Origin: an uncultured archaeon | GTDB lineage: Archaea; Asgardarchaeota; Lokiarchaeia; Sigyniarchaeales; SOKP01 | NCBI GenBank assembly: GCA_964583985.1 | Contig: CAZOYD010000009.1 | Coordinates: forward strand, 12,272-76,271 | Length of the DNA: 64,000 bases | Reading direction: 5' to 3' | Notes under the pieces: model-generated | Databases searched by the model: none | What the model was told of the DNA's origin: nothing | What the model saw: only the letters and a program-made list of their open reading frames with translations | In this document: piece after piece, positions 19,016 through 29,544 of the stretch | Position numbering within the stretch: position 1 is the first letter of the stretch | How the letters are laid out: each line of letters opens with the position of its first letter | Program-made: the position numbers and the translations under genes

Positions 19016-20128
19016 ATGAGCTTTAAATTAGATGACGTGAAAGGTTTAGGTAAAAAAGCTGATGTTCTTGTAGAAGCTGGAATTGATTCCGTTGAAAAAC
19101 TGGCAGCTTCGAATGTCGATGATTTACTGAAATTGAAAGGGATTGGGAAAGCCTCTGCAGAAAAATTTATAGAAAATGCAAAAAATTTACTTAAGGAAAG
19201 TGACAAGAAAGAAGTTGATGAAGAAACTTCTAAATTAGACGTTCCTGCAGATAAAATCGACGAGAAGAAGGAAATTGAAGAAGTCATGGCAAAATTGCAA
19301 GAAAAGCGTAAGAAGTTAGAGGGCAAGAAAGTTGAGAAGGGCGATTTTGTACTAGTTAAAATTACTGGAAAAACTCAGAAAGGTACGATTTTTCGAGTCT
19401 CAAGTGAAGAAGATGCACGAAAATCAGGAATCTATGATGAAGAAAAAGCAAAACAGGGTTACTACACGCCTGAATTTGTCATTGTTGGAAAACCTGGTTT
19501 TTTAAATGAAGGCCTTACTGAAACCGTGGAAAATTTGAATTTTTTTGAGAAAAAATCAGTGAGGATTCCACCAACAAAAGCATTTGGGAAAAGAGATCCG
19601 CAAAAAATTGAAAGAATTGGAATTAACAAGTTCAGGAAATTAAATGATGGTAAAAATCCGGAATATGGACAAGATTTTGTGAAAAAAGGAACGGGACAAC
19701 GGGGGACCGTAATAAGAGTGGATCAAGGTAAAGTCATAATAGATTATAATCACCCTCTTGCTGGGCAGAGCATTGATTATAACGTGGAAGTAATTGACAT
19801 AATTGAAGATTTCAATGATAAAATTGAATATTTCATGGTTTCTAAGGGTATTCCGAAAGAAAATGTGTCTGAATTTACTTTATCTTATGACAAGAATAGT
19901 AAAGACCTTGAAATCACTATTCCAAAAATGTTCTTATTTCAGAATTTGACTTATGTTAAGTTTGGGTTGGCAATGGATTTGCAAACACACATGGCAGATG
20001 ATATAAATAACGTGAAGTTCATTGAAATTTATGAAAAAATGCCTTTACCTACAGCAACGGCGAACTCAATTGAAGAGAAAGTTGGAAATTTTGAGAAAGA
20101 ACAAGATGAGTCAAAAACAGAACAATAA
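19016..20128 (+). CDS. slyD: Long-type FKBP peptidyl-prolyl isomerase with N-terminal HhH domain
   Basis: IPPTKAFGKRD, IDYNHPLAG; N-terminal VKGLG...LKGIGKASA HhH. Confidence 0.85.
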   Translation: MSFKLDDVKGLGKKADVLVEAGIDSVEKLAASNVDDLLKLKGIGKASAEKFIENAKNLLKESDKKEVDEETSKLDVPADKIDEKKEIEEVMAKLQEKRKKLEGKKVEKGDFVLVKITGKTQKGTIFRVSSEEDARKSGIYDEEKAKQGYYTPEFVIVGKPGFLNEGLTETVENLNFFEKKSVRIPPTKAFGKRDPQKIERIGINKFRKLNDGKNPEYGQDFVKKGTGQRGTVIRVDQGKVIIDYNHPLAGQSIDYNVEVIDIIEDFNDKIEYFMVSKGIPKENVSEFTLSYDKNSKDLEITIPKMFLFQNLTYVKFGLAMDLQTHMADDINNVKFIEIYEKMPLPTATANSIEEKVGNFEKEQDESKTEQ

Positions 20129-20161
20129 TTAGCCAATAATTCAATTTATCCTTTACTCTAT

Positions 20162-20968
20162 TTACTCGATTTTTTTAAGTTTATGATATTCATTTAAAAT
20201 TAAGCGACATACTTCTTTTTCTGGTTCACTACTGCAATTCCAATTAGAAAATTCAGGAAAAGATCCCGGATCAACTACGTATAATTTTTTCGTCATTTCA
20301 TCTTTTACTATGTCTAAGTGACCGAAAAGCATGTGATAATGATTTTTCCATTGCAACGTGATATCAATTACATTTTGAGGCATTTCTATTGCTTTTACTT
20401 TGGCATGTTCATTGGATAGTGGAATTTTTTCATAAACGCATACCTTATCTTCTATAAAATAAGAAAGGTAATGAGTTCCTCGGATATATTTTTCTACGTA
20501 TATGGGTTCATTATCAGTGGATTTTAAATTTTTAGGCTTTTTAATGAGTTTAATACCTTTACTTCCAGAACCCATCAATGGTTTTTGAATTAAAGGGTAC
20601 TCACTTTTCATTAGTTTCGATTTTAACACTTTAGCTGTACCCATAAATATTTCGGGTCCTAACAAACCAGCTTGTTTGATCAAATAATGTGCTTCGATAC
20701 GATTTTTATGTTTATAAGAAAGATTCACATCAGGAATTACTGGAATTCCATTTCCCTCTAAAAAGTAACCCGCATAAAGGAAAAACAAGTGTTTCGATTT
20801 CAAGATATAAAAATCATTTTTAAGGAGAGATTTATTGATACTTAAATTATCTAAAGTAAACAACTCAACGATATGTCCTTCTGATTCCAAATATTTCATG
20901 ATTTTAGCAGAAAACATTTTATTTCGCTTTGATAAAATTCCAATTTTCAAAATATATATCCCTCGCAT
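20162..20968 (-). CDS. ITPK1-like ATP-grasp protein (divergent, DPGSFP)
   Basis: KPLMGSGSKG, VEKYI, FGHLDIV, YVVDPGSFP. Confidence 0.65.
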   Translation of the reverse strand: MRGIYILKIGILSKRNKMFSAKIMKYLESEGHIVELFTLDNLSINKSLLKNDFYILKSKHLFFLYAGYFLEGNGIPVIPDVNLSYKHKNRIEAHYLIKQAGLLGPEIFMGTAKVLKSKLMKSEYPLIQKPLMGSGSKGIKLIKKPKNLKSTDNEPIYVEKYIRGTHYLSYFIEDKVCVYEKIPLSNEHAKVKAIEMPQNVIDITLQWKNHYHMLFGHLDIVKDEMTKKLYVVDPGSFPEFSNWNCSSEPEKEVCRLILNEYHKLKKIE

Positions 20969-20969
20969 G

Positions 20970-21788
20970 TTAAACTTTTGCTATTCTCATCAAATAATCA
21001 CCGACCAATTTAGGTCCATTTTTGATATAATTGAAATTGGGAGAAGAATTAATATCAGTAAGATAAAAATCACCATTTTCCGATTGAAGAAAATCTATTG
21101 ATGCGAGTTTTAAACCCACTACTTTTATTGCCCTTAAGGCAGTTTCGCTCAATTCTGGTATTTCATTAATTTTTTTTCTTGATTTCATCTTATCAGAATT
21201 TATTAATACAGGAATTTGCTTGTAGAAAAAAAGAGCATCTCCTATGCAATAAACTTTATATTCCCATTCACTCTTTATAAATTCTTGATAATATAAATAT
21301 TGATAATTTTCTTTTCCTCCTTGAGCTTCAATTAGAGCCCTTTTATCGCTGACAGATATTATTCCTTTTTGTTCTTTGATTAAAGGATTAAAAGTATAAT
21401 TTTTTTGATCTCGTATATTTTTAATAATATAATTCTGAAAAGGCGGATCTCTTCCAATGGGATTTAAGGAAAATTCTGGAACCCTGATATCATTTTTCTT
21501 TAATAATGTGCTATTTAGAAATCTATTATAGCATAACCATATACTAGCAGGTGAATTAACTATAGGGATGGAGGTTTCACGTTCAATTAGTTTTGCAAAA
21601 TTTACAACCAAATCCCCTTTTGCTTTAACAATAAATATATCTTCTTTGAAATTTAGGTTTGAAAAGTCAAGTAAATACTTTTCTTCAACGTAGAAATTGA
21701 TTTTCGCTTTATCTTTCATGTATTTTATGAATTCGTGTACTTTATTTTTTAGATGATATTCATCAATAATTAATCCAAGAGTTATCAA
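20970..21788 (-). CDS. ITPK1-like ATP-grasp inositol phosphate kinase
   Basis: YQEFI, EYKVYCIG, ASIDF, YLTDINSSPNF. Confidence 0.7.
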   Translation of the reverse strand: MITLGLIIDEYHLKNKVHEFIKYMKDKAKINFYVEEKYLLDFSNLNFKEDIFIVKAKGDLVVNFAKLIERETSIPIVNSPASIWLCYNRFLNSTLLKKNDIRVPEFSLNPIGRDPPFQNYIIKNIRDQKNYTFNPLIKEQKGIISVSDKRALIEAQGGKENYQYLYYQEFIKSEWEYKVYCIGDALFFYKQIPVLINSDKMKSRKKINEIPELSETALRAIKVVGLKLASIDFLQSENGDFYLTDINSSPNFNYIKNGPKLVGDYLMRIAKV

Positions 21789-22038
21789 ATATTCAATCCC
21801 AAAATCGTATAGTTCAATACATCGCTTTTTCTTAGTTCTATTTAGTAATAAATAATATAGAATTTAAATAAATATCAGTAAAATAAAAAAATATGATATT
21901 TTTGTTATATCTTTCTTCTTAAATGAATAGTCTATTAAGAGAGATCTCCTTAAGAAATCATTGTCAAGGCGTAACCTTATCAATATATTTATATACTTTG
22001 TTTAGTTTATAAAACATTAAACTGAAAGGGTTGTTCAA

Positions 22039-22950
22039 ATGGCAAATAATTTAAAAAAAGTATATATAGGAGCCATTTGTAATAGAGATATTGAAGTTTT
22101 AGCTAATATTAAATCATTTTTGCTTAAAAACTATAATATTGCTCTAATCGATTTCATGAAAACGGGATTGAATTCGTTTAATCCGAAATATTTTGAGAAA
22201 CGCTTGAAAAAATATCCCATTGTTTTTTTAATAGTCAAACTAACAACACAAAAAGAAAATAAAATAGTTTATGAAACTATTAAACAAATTTCTCCCAATC
22301 TTCCAATTCTAAATTCCTTGAATTCAGTTAACATTTGTGAAAGTAGAAAAGCAACATTTCAATATATTGAAGAAAACTGTAAGAAAGTTAATGTTCCAAA
22401 AACATATAATACAATTCAGAAAGCAAAAAGAGCTATAATAAATGGAGAACAAATAATTATTAAATTAGATGCTCATAACATCCCTAATTTTCCTAAAAAA
22501 GAGAGAATAATTGGAATCGCTAAGAATGAAGAAGATATACATGCCTTGATAAATGGTCATAATGAAAGTGAATTATTTTTGCAGCAATACCTTGGAGCAC
22601 ATGATATCGTGAATAAAGTCTATGTAATAGGACAATGGATTGTTTCGATTACCTCTCATAATCGATTGTGGCCTAATGAAAATTTATCACAATTAGAATT
22701 AATGCATATTAGAACTCCGATTGATGAGAAATTTAAAAGGAGAATTAAAAGAATTGGGCGAAAATTAGGAATGACCGTGTATGGAGTTGATTTTATAGAT
22801 ACCAACGATGGTCCCTATATTGTTGATGTAAACGATTTTCCTAGTTTTCATAGCATTCCTGAAGGTATTAGCTTGATCGCAGATCATATTTATAATACCA
22901 TTGATATAAGAGAACAAGTCATTAAAGATTTAATAAAAGTTAGAAGTTAA
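22039..22950 (+). CDS. ITPK1-like ATP-grasp inositol phosphate kinase
   Basis: LQQYL, KVYVIG, YGVDFI, YIVDVNDFPSF; next to MIPS. Confidence 0.75.
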   Translation: MANNLKKVYIGAICNRDIEVLANIKSFLLKNYNIALIDFMKTGLNSFNPKYFEKRLKKYPIVFLIVKLTTQKENKIVYETIKQISPNLPILNSLNSVNICESRKATFQYIEENCKKVNVPKTYNTIQKAKRAIINGEQIIIKLDAHNIPNFPKKERIIGIAKNEEDIHALINGHNESELFLQQYLGAHDIVNKVYVIGQWIVSITSHNRLWPNENLSQLELMHIRTPIDEKFKRRIKRIGRKLGMTVYGVDFIDTNDGPYIVDVNDFPSFHSIPEGISLIADHIYNTIDIREQVIKDLIKVRS

Positions 22951-22968
22951 TAGCAAATTTTTAAAATC

Positions 22969-24060
22969 TTATCTTTCTCTCTTACCTTGTAAAAATTCAG
23001 ATAATCTTTTCTTAGCTTCTTGATCCTCTAATTGCTCTGGAGGATGTTTGTTAAAAAAAGAACTCGCAGATTGTAAAACACCACCTATCTTTCGATCTTT
23101 CGCAATTTTTGAAACCCGAATGCAGTCAGCAATTATTCCAGCAGAATTATTTCCATCCTCCACAAACATTGTAATATCTACCCTAACAGGAGCACCTCCA
23201 AAAATTCTCCCTTCGAGTCTCATATATGCTTCCTTTTGATTCTTCAAAAAAGGGATGTAATCGACAGCGGAAATTTGACATTCTATTTCATTCCTATTCG
23301 GTAATCTCGAAATTACTGATTCAGTTTTTGACTGTCGTTTTCCTTCTTCATAAAATAATTGTCCGTCTGGTTTAGGGGTGAGAAGATTGCAAAAATCTGA
23401 AGAACCTCCCCAATCTAATTGAATTGTTTTATCAAGAATTGCCCCCCGCATGGGAAATAGGTTTGCTAAAGAACGATGTATTATTGTAGCCCCTACTTGT
23501 GATTTGACATCATCACCAATGATTGAAAGTTTCAATTTTTCGGCTTTTGCTACAATTTCTGAATCTTTCGCAACATGAGACGGCATTCCATTTATTACGC
23601 AAGCACCTGCTTCCAAAGCAGCATTAGCATAATATTTAACAGCTTCATGACATCCCGTTGGAAGCAGAATCACTGCTACATCTGCTTTTCTTTTTTCTAT
23701 TTCATGGACAACATCGGATTCAACTTGATTTTCATCTAAAGGAACTATATTCTTTATATTGCTATTCAATCCATCTAAGACAGGTCCTCTAACTGCAGGC
23801 GCATTAAGAAAATCTGGTTTAAAGAGGTTCATGTTACAATTTGGTTCACTAAATATCGCATCACTTAGATCTTGCCCTACCTTATTAGCGTTTACATCTA
23901 TCCCAAGAACAAATTCGATATCACTCACTAAATATTGATCGATTTCAGGTAATAATCCTATTATTTTATCGGGATTTTTCTTGTAATTTTCTACTCCTTG
24001 CACCAGAGCACTTGCGACATCTCCAATACCTATTAGTACTACTCTAATTGTGTTCGCCAT
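22969..24060 (-). CDS. ino1: myo-inositol-1-phosphate synthase (archaeal/actinobacterial type, divergent motifs)
   Basis: GIGDVASALVQG, IGDDVKSQVGATIIHR, SKT, NSAG, KHPP. Confidence 0.85.
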   Translation of the reverse strand: MANTIRVVLIGIGDVASALVQGVENYKKNPDKIIGLLPEIDQYLVSDIEFVLGIDVNANKVGQDLSDAIFSEPNCNMNLFKPDFLNAPAVRGPVLDGLNSNIKNIVPLDENQVESDVVHEIEKRKADVAVILLPTGCHEAVKYYANAALEAGACVINGMPSHVAKDSEIVAKAEKLKLSIIGDDVKSQVGATIIHRSLANLFPMRGAILDKTIQLDWGGSSDFCNLLTPKPDGQLFYEEGKRQSKTESVISRLPNRNEIECQISAVDYIPFLKNQKEAYMRLEGRIFGGAPVRVDITMFVEDGNNSAGIIADCIRVSKIAKDRKIGGVLQSASSFFNKHPPEQLEDQEAKKRLSEFLQGKRER

Positions 24061-24229
24061 ATTATTTTCAACAATTCAAATAAAATATTTAAATTATTTT
24101 GAAATATACTATAGAAAAAAACCCAGCTTATTAGGATTATGACAATTTTAATAATATCGAGGGTATTCAATAATAATACTTAACAATCCTTGTTCATTAA
24201 TTAAAGATAATTAATCAAGTGATCTATTT

Positions 24230-27049
24230 ATGGAAATTAGTAAAAAAAAGATATATTTCGTCCTTTCTCCTCACATTAACTATTATCATTCATACAGAGG
24301 AGATTCAAAAGGTAAGACTGGCTTTGGCAAGGATCTCGCTATGATGAGAGGAATTCTTGATGAATTAGATGAGATAGAGGATATGAATTTAAAATTTGGA
24401 AATATGAGAATGTGTTGGGATTATGCCGATACTTTCTTTTCTATCCAACTTCAAAAAGAATATCAACACGATGTGCTTGACAGAGTCATCGAAAGGTGCA
24501 AAGCTGGAAAAGATGAGGTATTAATTGGGTCTTGGGGCAATGTTGCTCAATCCGTAATGGATACGGAAGAATTTTTACAGCAACATGATTGGTTTTTAGA
24601 AAATTTCATGGGTATCGGCGTTAACCAATTATTTCCCGGTAGAGTAGCACCCTATGCTCGCACGCAAGAATCAATGTTCACTCAGGGCATGATCGAACTC
24701 TACAATAAGATCGGTGTAAAAGGTATTTGTAATTATTATTCAATGTATGGCTTTGATGCTTCAAGACCTTATATCAATCCTAGATTAGACTGGGATCAGC
24801 GATATGGATTAATTAAATTCAAGTCCACCTTATCGGAAGCTTCTTGCTTAATGATTCCAACCTATGCATTTGGGGACATACTTGATTTTTATTCCATAAA
24901 AAAATGGTTCGAATATATTAGAAAAAGACAAGAAATGGGAGATATTTCCGGTCATGCATTAATATTTTTAAACTTTGATATGGACTATGAAAATTGGGTG
25001 GGTCTAAACCTCCCAAAATTTATGAAATGGATGCCAAATTCAAGAGGGGTCAAAGAATTTGCAGAAGCAGTAGATCAATATGATTATGTTGAATTTACTA
25101 ATTTAATTGATATTGTTCCTAACTTAGAGATTCACGGAGATTGCATTTTACGTGAAGATGTAGCAGATGGAATGTGGAATGGGTATTATAATTGGGCTCA
25201 AAAATATGATAATACTAAATTTTGGACTCTTGGTCAAGAAGCAAGATGGTTAAAGTGCATTTCTGATACCTTAATTTCGAATCATGCCGTGAAAAATTCA
25301 ATTTCTGAAATTAATGATTTGTTACGTAATATAGATGAATCTCACGACTCTTACATGAAAAATAAGATATTATTTGCTTCAACGACGAATTTTGGGATGG
25401 CCATGCCTTTTCTTCATTCTGATCGCCGAAAAACGGCAATGAATTTTGGTTTAAAAGCTTTTTATTCCTCTGAAAGAGCTACCAAATTGGCTATAAAAGA
25501 AGCTCTCATAACATTAAATAAAGGTTTACAAGATAATGAATTTAACATGTTTATAATGCCAATCACTAATCGAGGGATCTCTGAAAAAGAGAAAATTGAA
25601 TTGAGTGATTTCACATTAGTTAAAATGGAATTACCTTCATCGTTGAGTGAAGTTGTTCAAAAAAAGGGAAAATTCTTAAGATTTTTGAACACTCACTCAA
25701 ATGAAGAGTTAAAATCATTCAATATTCATGAAGAACATTCAAATTTGATTTTTGAAGCCTTAATACCTCGATCTGATTTCACTCATGACGACAGTAAAAT
25801 GGCATTATATGCTATAACTTTTTCAGACGCTGTACAGAATAATGTAGAAAAGGAAATAGGCGCTACAGAAAATTATTTGAAAAATAAATATCTATATTTA
25901 AAATTCGATGAAAATGGAAAAATTATTTCTTTTAAATTTAAAGGGAAAGAATTTGCGGTTCCCAAATTTTTAGAATCATCAATTAGCTATGGTAATACTA
26001 AAAAGCCAAAACGGTATTACTCTAAAAAAGACAAAATTCTTATTCAAAGAGATGGGAGTGATGGATTTTCTGCATCTGTTATTATTCAGAGTGAGTTCTT
26101 TATTGAAAAAGAATATCTTGTCCAAACTGAAAAAAGACTAAAATTGTATAATGACCTGCCATCTTTGTTTGTTGAAGTATCGATGAAGATACCACCTATT
26201 CAAGGTAAGTCAAAGAATATCGGAAGGAGCGATGGAACATCTTATTTTGTGGAAGAGGAATATCAAAATAAATGGCAAGAAATAATTCCTTGTGAAATAA
26301 GATCGAATATTTTAGGAGTGCATGATTTTTTAAAAGTCTGGAAGCATAATTTTTTGGGAGTTACAGACTATTTTACCCTTGACATGAAAGAAGTTGACTC
26401 TAAGAATGCCAACATCGATTGTTTAGTTGCAAATATATCAGACGGATGGATGGCATTAACAGACAATGAAAAAGGATTATTAATTGGATTCGATTCGTTA
26501 AAAGCGGCGAATTTTGCATTTTCTCCAATTAAAATAAAAGATAAAGGATTCGGGGATACTAAAGTAAAGGCACAACAAGTAAGAATAAATCCTTTTGGAA
26601 CTTATTATGGTAAGTCATTACATTATTGGACTAAGGGAAATGGTCATGCCCAGAAAATAGTTGCGCAAATTACAGGCACAAACGAATCTACAGCCCCTAC
26701 TTTTAGTGGTAAAACTCTATCGTTTGATTTAATTATGACTCCCTTTTTAGGAGACAATCCTCCAAAGTCAATTCAATCATCCGTGGATCATTTTTCCTTT
26801 AAACCATTAATCATTATCACTCAAAAAGAAAAACAGATATATACAAATTATGAGAACTATTCTTCAAATGCAGAGAAATTAGTACGAGAATTTAATTTAG
26901 AGGAATTGATGAAATTAAGTTATATCGAATGGGTAAAAAAAGTGAATGAAAATTTTAAGCCTCCTGTTGTAGATTCTCCTTCGGGAATACCCAAGTTGTC
27001 ACTCAAAACCTTGCTAATGATGTTAATTGATGGGATTAAAGGACGTTAG
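24230..27049 (+). CDS. GH38/GH57-like glycoside hydrolase
   Basis: N-terminal HINYYHSYRGD and NFDMD in barrel-type domain; C-terminal beta-rich domain starting LKNKYLYLKFDENGKI. Confidence 0.55.
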   Translation: MEISKKKIYFVLSPHINYYHSYRGDSKGKTGFGKDLAMMRGILDELDEIEDMNLKFGNMRMCWDYADTFFSIQLQKEYQHDVLDRVIERCKAGKDEVLIGSWGNVAQSVMDTEEFLQQHDWFLENFMGIGVNQLFPGRVAPYARTQESMFTQGMIELYNKIGVKGICNYYSMYGFDASRPYINPRLDWDQRYGLIKFKSTLSEASCLMIPTYAFGDILDFYSIKKWFEYIRKRQEMGDISGHALIFLNFDMDYENWVGLNLPKFMKWMPNSRGVKEFAEAVDQYDYVEFTNLIDIVPNLEIHGDCILREDVADGMWNGYYNWAQKYDNTKFWTLGQEARWLKCISDTLISNHAVKNSISEINDLLRNIDESHDSYMKNKILFASTTNFGMAMPFLHSDRRKTAMNFGLKAFYSSERATKLAIKEALITLNKGLQDNEFNMFIMPITNRGISEKEKIELSDFTLVKMELPSSLSEVVQKKGKFLRFLNTHSNEELKSFNIHEEHSNLIFEALIPRSDFTHDDSKMALYAITFSDAVQNNVEKEIGATENYLKNKYLYLKFDENGKIISFKFKGKEFAVPKFLESSISYGNTKKPKRYYSKKDKILIQRDGSDGFSASVIIQSEFFIEKEYLVQTEKRLKLYNDLPSLFVEVSMKIPPIQGKSKNIGRSDGTSYFVEEEYQNKWQEIIPCEIRSNILGVHDFLKVWKHNFLGVTDYFTLDMKEVDSKNANIDCLVANISDGWMALTDNEKGLLIGFDSLKAANFAFSPIKIKDKGFGDTKVKAQQVRINPFGTYYGKSLHYWTKGNGHAQKIVAQITGTNESTAPTFSGKTLSFDLIMTPFLGDNPPKSIQSSVDHFSFKPLIIITQKEKQIYTNYENYSSNAEKLVREFNLEELMKLSYIEWVKKVNENFKPPVVDSPSGIPKLSLKTLLMMLIDGIKGR

Positions 27050-27054
27050 AATTT

Positions 27055-28083
27055 ATGAGGGATAAGATGATGAAAGATAAAATGAAGGCGCTAATATTTC
27101 CTAAACCGTGGGAAGTAAAACTCGTAACTATAGATACTCCAAAGCCAAAATCTAGGGAAGTATTAGCTAAAATTATTAGCGTGGGTATCTGTGGTAGTGA
27201 TGTAGGCATTTTTGAAGGAGATCATTGGATAGTCGCCCATGAACCCGGTGGACATGGCCATGAAACGGGTGCTATTGCTGTTGAGGTGGGGAAAGACGTT
27301 ATTGGAATTAGTGAAGGAGATCATTTAGCACGCATGGGTCAAGGATATGCTGAATATTCAACTCATGTGAATGTTATTGGACATGGTAAAGATGAAGAAA
27401 GTGGGGCATTTCCAATTGTTAGAAATGATCTTTCAATGGATGAAATTTCTTTTGCTGATGCCGTTGGTTGTGCTATTAATTGCTTTGAAAGAGCGGAATT
27501 TGATAAAATTGAAGGCGAAAAAAAAGCTGCTGTTTTTGGTTTGGGACCAATTGGATTGATCCTCACTAAGATTTTATTAAATAATAATATTGAAGTTGCC
27601 GCATCAGAACCATACAAGCATAAACGAGATATTGCAGAGAAATGGGGTGCTAAAATATTTGATCCCAGTCAGTACACGCGTTCCACCCACGGAAATTACA
27701 CGATAGCTGATCACGTTCTTAAAGTTTTTGGAGAGTCTCATGCTGTATTTGAGATGGTCGGTCATAATGATACCTTACTAAACGCAATCGATATAGTTAA
27801 ATCAGGTCATCGAGTCATAGTTTTTGGAGCCCAAAAAATGCAATACATCCCTTATGTGAATTGTAGAAAAAAAGGAGTAGAATTAGTATACCCAGAAGCA
27901 ATGGTTAATTCAAAACTCGATAAAGATTATTGGAATGATGCATTAGATATGATCGCAAATAAAAAACTAGATTTAGAAAAATTAATCACAAAAAGAATAA
28001 GCTTAGAAGAAGCAATAGACGCGTTTAATTATTATGATCGGGAAAAATGGATAAAAATTATAGTAGAACCTCAAAGAAGTTGA
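27055..28083 (+). CDS. Zn-dependent medium-chain (polyol/inositol-type) dehydrogenase
   Basis: GICGSD, GHET, GLGPIG; no structural-Zn Cys cluster. Confidence 0.85.
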   Translation: MRDKMMKDKMKALIFPKPWEVKLVTIDTPKPKSREVLAKIISVGICGSDVGIFEGDHWIVAHEPGGHGHETGAIAVEVGKDVIGISEGDHLARMGQGYAEYSTHVNVIGHGKDEESGAFPIVRNDLSMDEISFADAVGCAINCFERAEFDKIEGEKKAAVFGLGPIGLILTKILLNNNIEVAASEPYKHKRDIAEKWGAKIFDPSQYTRSTHGNYTIADHVLKVFGESHAVFEMVGHNDTLLNAIDIVKSGHRVIVFGAQKMQYIPYVNCRKKGVELVYPEAMVNSKLDKDYWNDALDMIANKKLDLEKLITKRISLEEAIDAFNYYDREKWIKIIVEPQRS

Positions 28084-28122
28084 AATCAATTTAAAGATAA
28101 AAAAAAATGAAATGAAAAATTA

Positions 28123-29430
28123 TTACTCTAGTTTTACAGTCTCCTTTACCTTCATAAAGAATGGAATTGACGCAATGAAAAATACTGGTCCCAAAACGAA
28201 TATCCAAGAAATGCCAAATATCGTGAAGATGAGCGCTCCTGCAATCGAACCAATGATTTGAGAGACCGTATTAACTATGTTAAAGATACCTGTAAATTTA
28301 CCACGTTTTTCGCTGGGTAATAAATCTTGAGACCATGCATTAAGAGGAGTGAGCAATGCTAATATTCCAACTAGTATAAATGGCAGGCTAAACATGAATA
28401 AAATCTTGTTAGCAAATATCCCCGCAAATGGCATTGTAAAAAATCCAATACTGACAAGAATTATAGCTAAGGGAACATACTTTTTTCTTCCAAATTTATC
28501 CGCAAGTTTACCTAAGTATAACGTTGCAATGAAAACGATTGGAAATGCAATAGCTATTCCTAGCAGTAATTCCATTGTGCTGAGCCCTTGAGCAAATATG
28601 AAGATAAACAGATATGGCATTACTGAAGATATACCCGATTGAAATACTACAAATGCTAAGAGGATCTTATAAAATTCCTTTTGTTTTTTCACGTCTGCGA
28701 TATCGAAAGTTTGCTTCAATTCAGGAAAAAATTTCTTTTTTTCAGGAAGTTCCGCACCCGGTTTTTCTCTAATAAACAAAAACCCTATTATTGAAACAAC
28801 CAAAAAAACGATGCCCGCAATCGAGAGGAGAATAAAATGACCCTCTTGAGGAATAATTGTGCCAATAGGAGGCACGGTATCACGAGGATCTGGAATTCCA
28901 AACAATTCATTACCTAAAAGTAAAAATGCGACACCAACCAATAAACCAATGTAACTGATTGAGTTAATTATACCATTAGCTCTTCCTCTTTTTTCAACTT
29001 CTATCGTGTCTGGAATTAAAGCTCTTTCAGCAACTAAATATGCATTCGATGAAAATCCAATAATGACAACATCTATAATTAGACACCATAAAAATGCAGT
29101 TTCAGTTCTCCCAAATAATGGATATGCAAAACCAAATAAAATCATTCCAATTCCCGCTATTATTCCAAATAGTAAAAAAGGTCTACGGCGACCATATTTT
29201 GTACGCGTGTTATCACTTGCAATTCCCCATAATGGCATGCTAATAAGACCAACAGTGGCGGATAATGAAACCATCACCGATATATATATTGGGGCAAGGT
29301 AAAGAACGTGATCTAGATATGTATTGAAATAATTTTGCTCAAAAAAGAAGAATAGATAATCTCCCATATATAACATTCCTATTAAGAGCACTTGTCTTAA
29401 CAAAAACCCTCTAAAAGCTTTTTCTTTCAT
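28123..29430 (-). CDS. MFS sugar/glycoside transporter
   Basis: ~12 TM, SDNTRTKYGRRRPF, LADKFGRKK. Confidence 0.9.
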   Translation of the reverse strand: MKEKAFRGFLLRQVLLIGMLYMGDYLFFFFEQNYFNTYLDHVLYLAPIYISVMVSLSATVGLISMPLWGIASDNTRTKYGRRRPFLLFGIIAGIGMILFGFAYPLFGRTETAFLWCLIIDVVIIGFSSNAYLVAERALIPDTIEVEKRGRANGIINSISYIGLLVGVAFLLLGNELFGIPDPRDTVPPIGTIIPQEGHFILLSIAGIVFLVVSIIGFLFIREKPGAELPEKKKFFPELKQTFDIADVKKQKEFYKILLAFVVFQSGISSVMPYLFIFIFAQGLSTMELLLGIAIAFPIVFIATLYLGKLADKFGRKKYVPLAIILVSIGFFTMPFAGIFANKILFMFSLPFILVGILALLTPLNAWSQDLLPSEKRGKFTGIFNIVNTVSQIIGSIAGALIFTIFGISWIFVLGPVFFIASIPFFMKVKETVKLE

Positions 29431-29544
29431 TTTAATTTCCTAATTATGGTTAAAAGTAAAAAATATTTAGATTAAATAAATTATTAATCTGTATAAAATA
29501 ATTTTCTTTTCGATTCATTCCTTTGAATTAATAGAGTAATAAAA

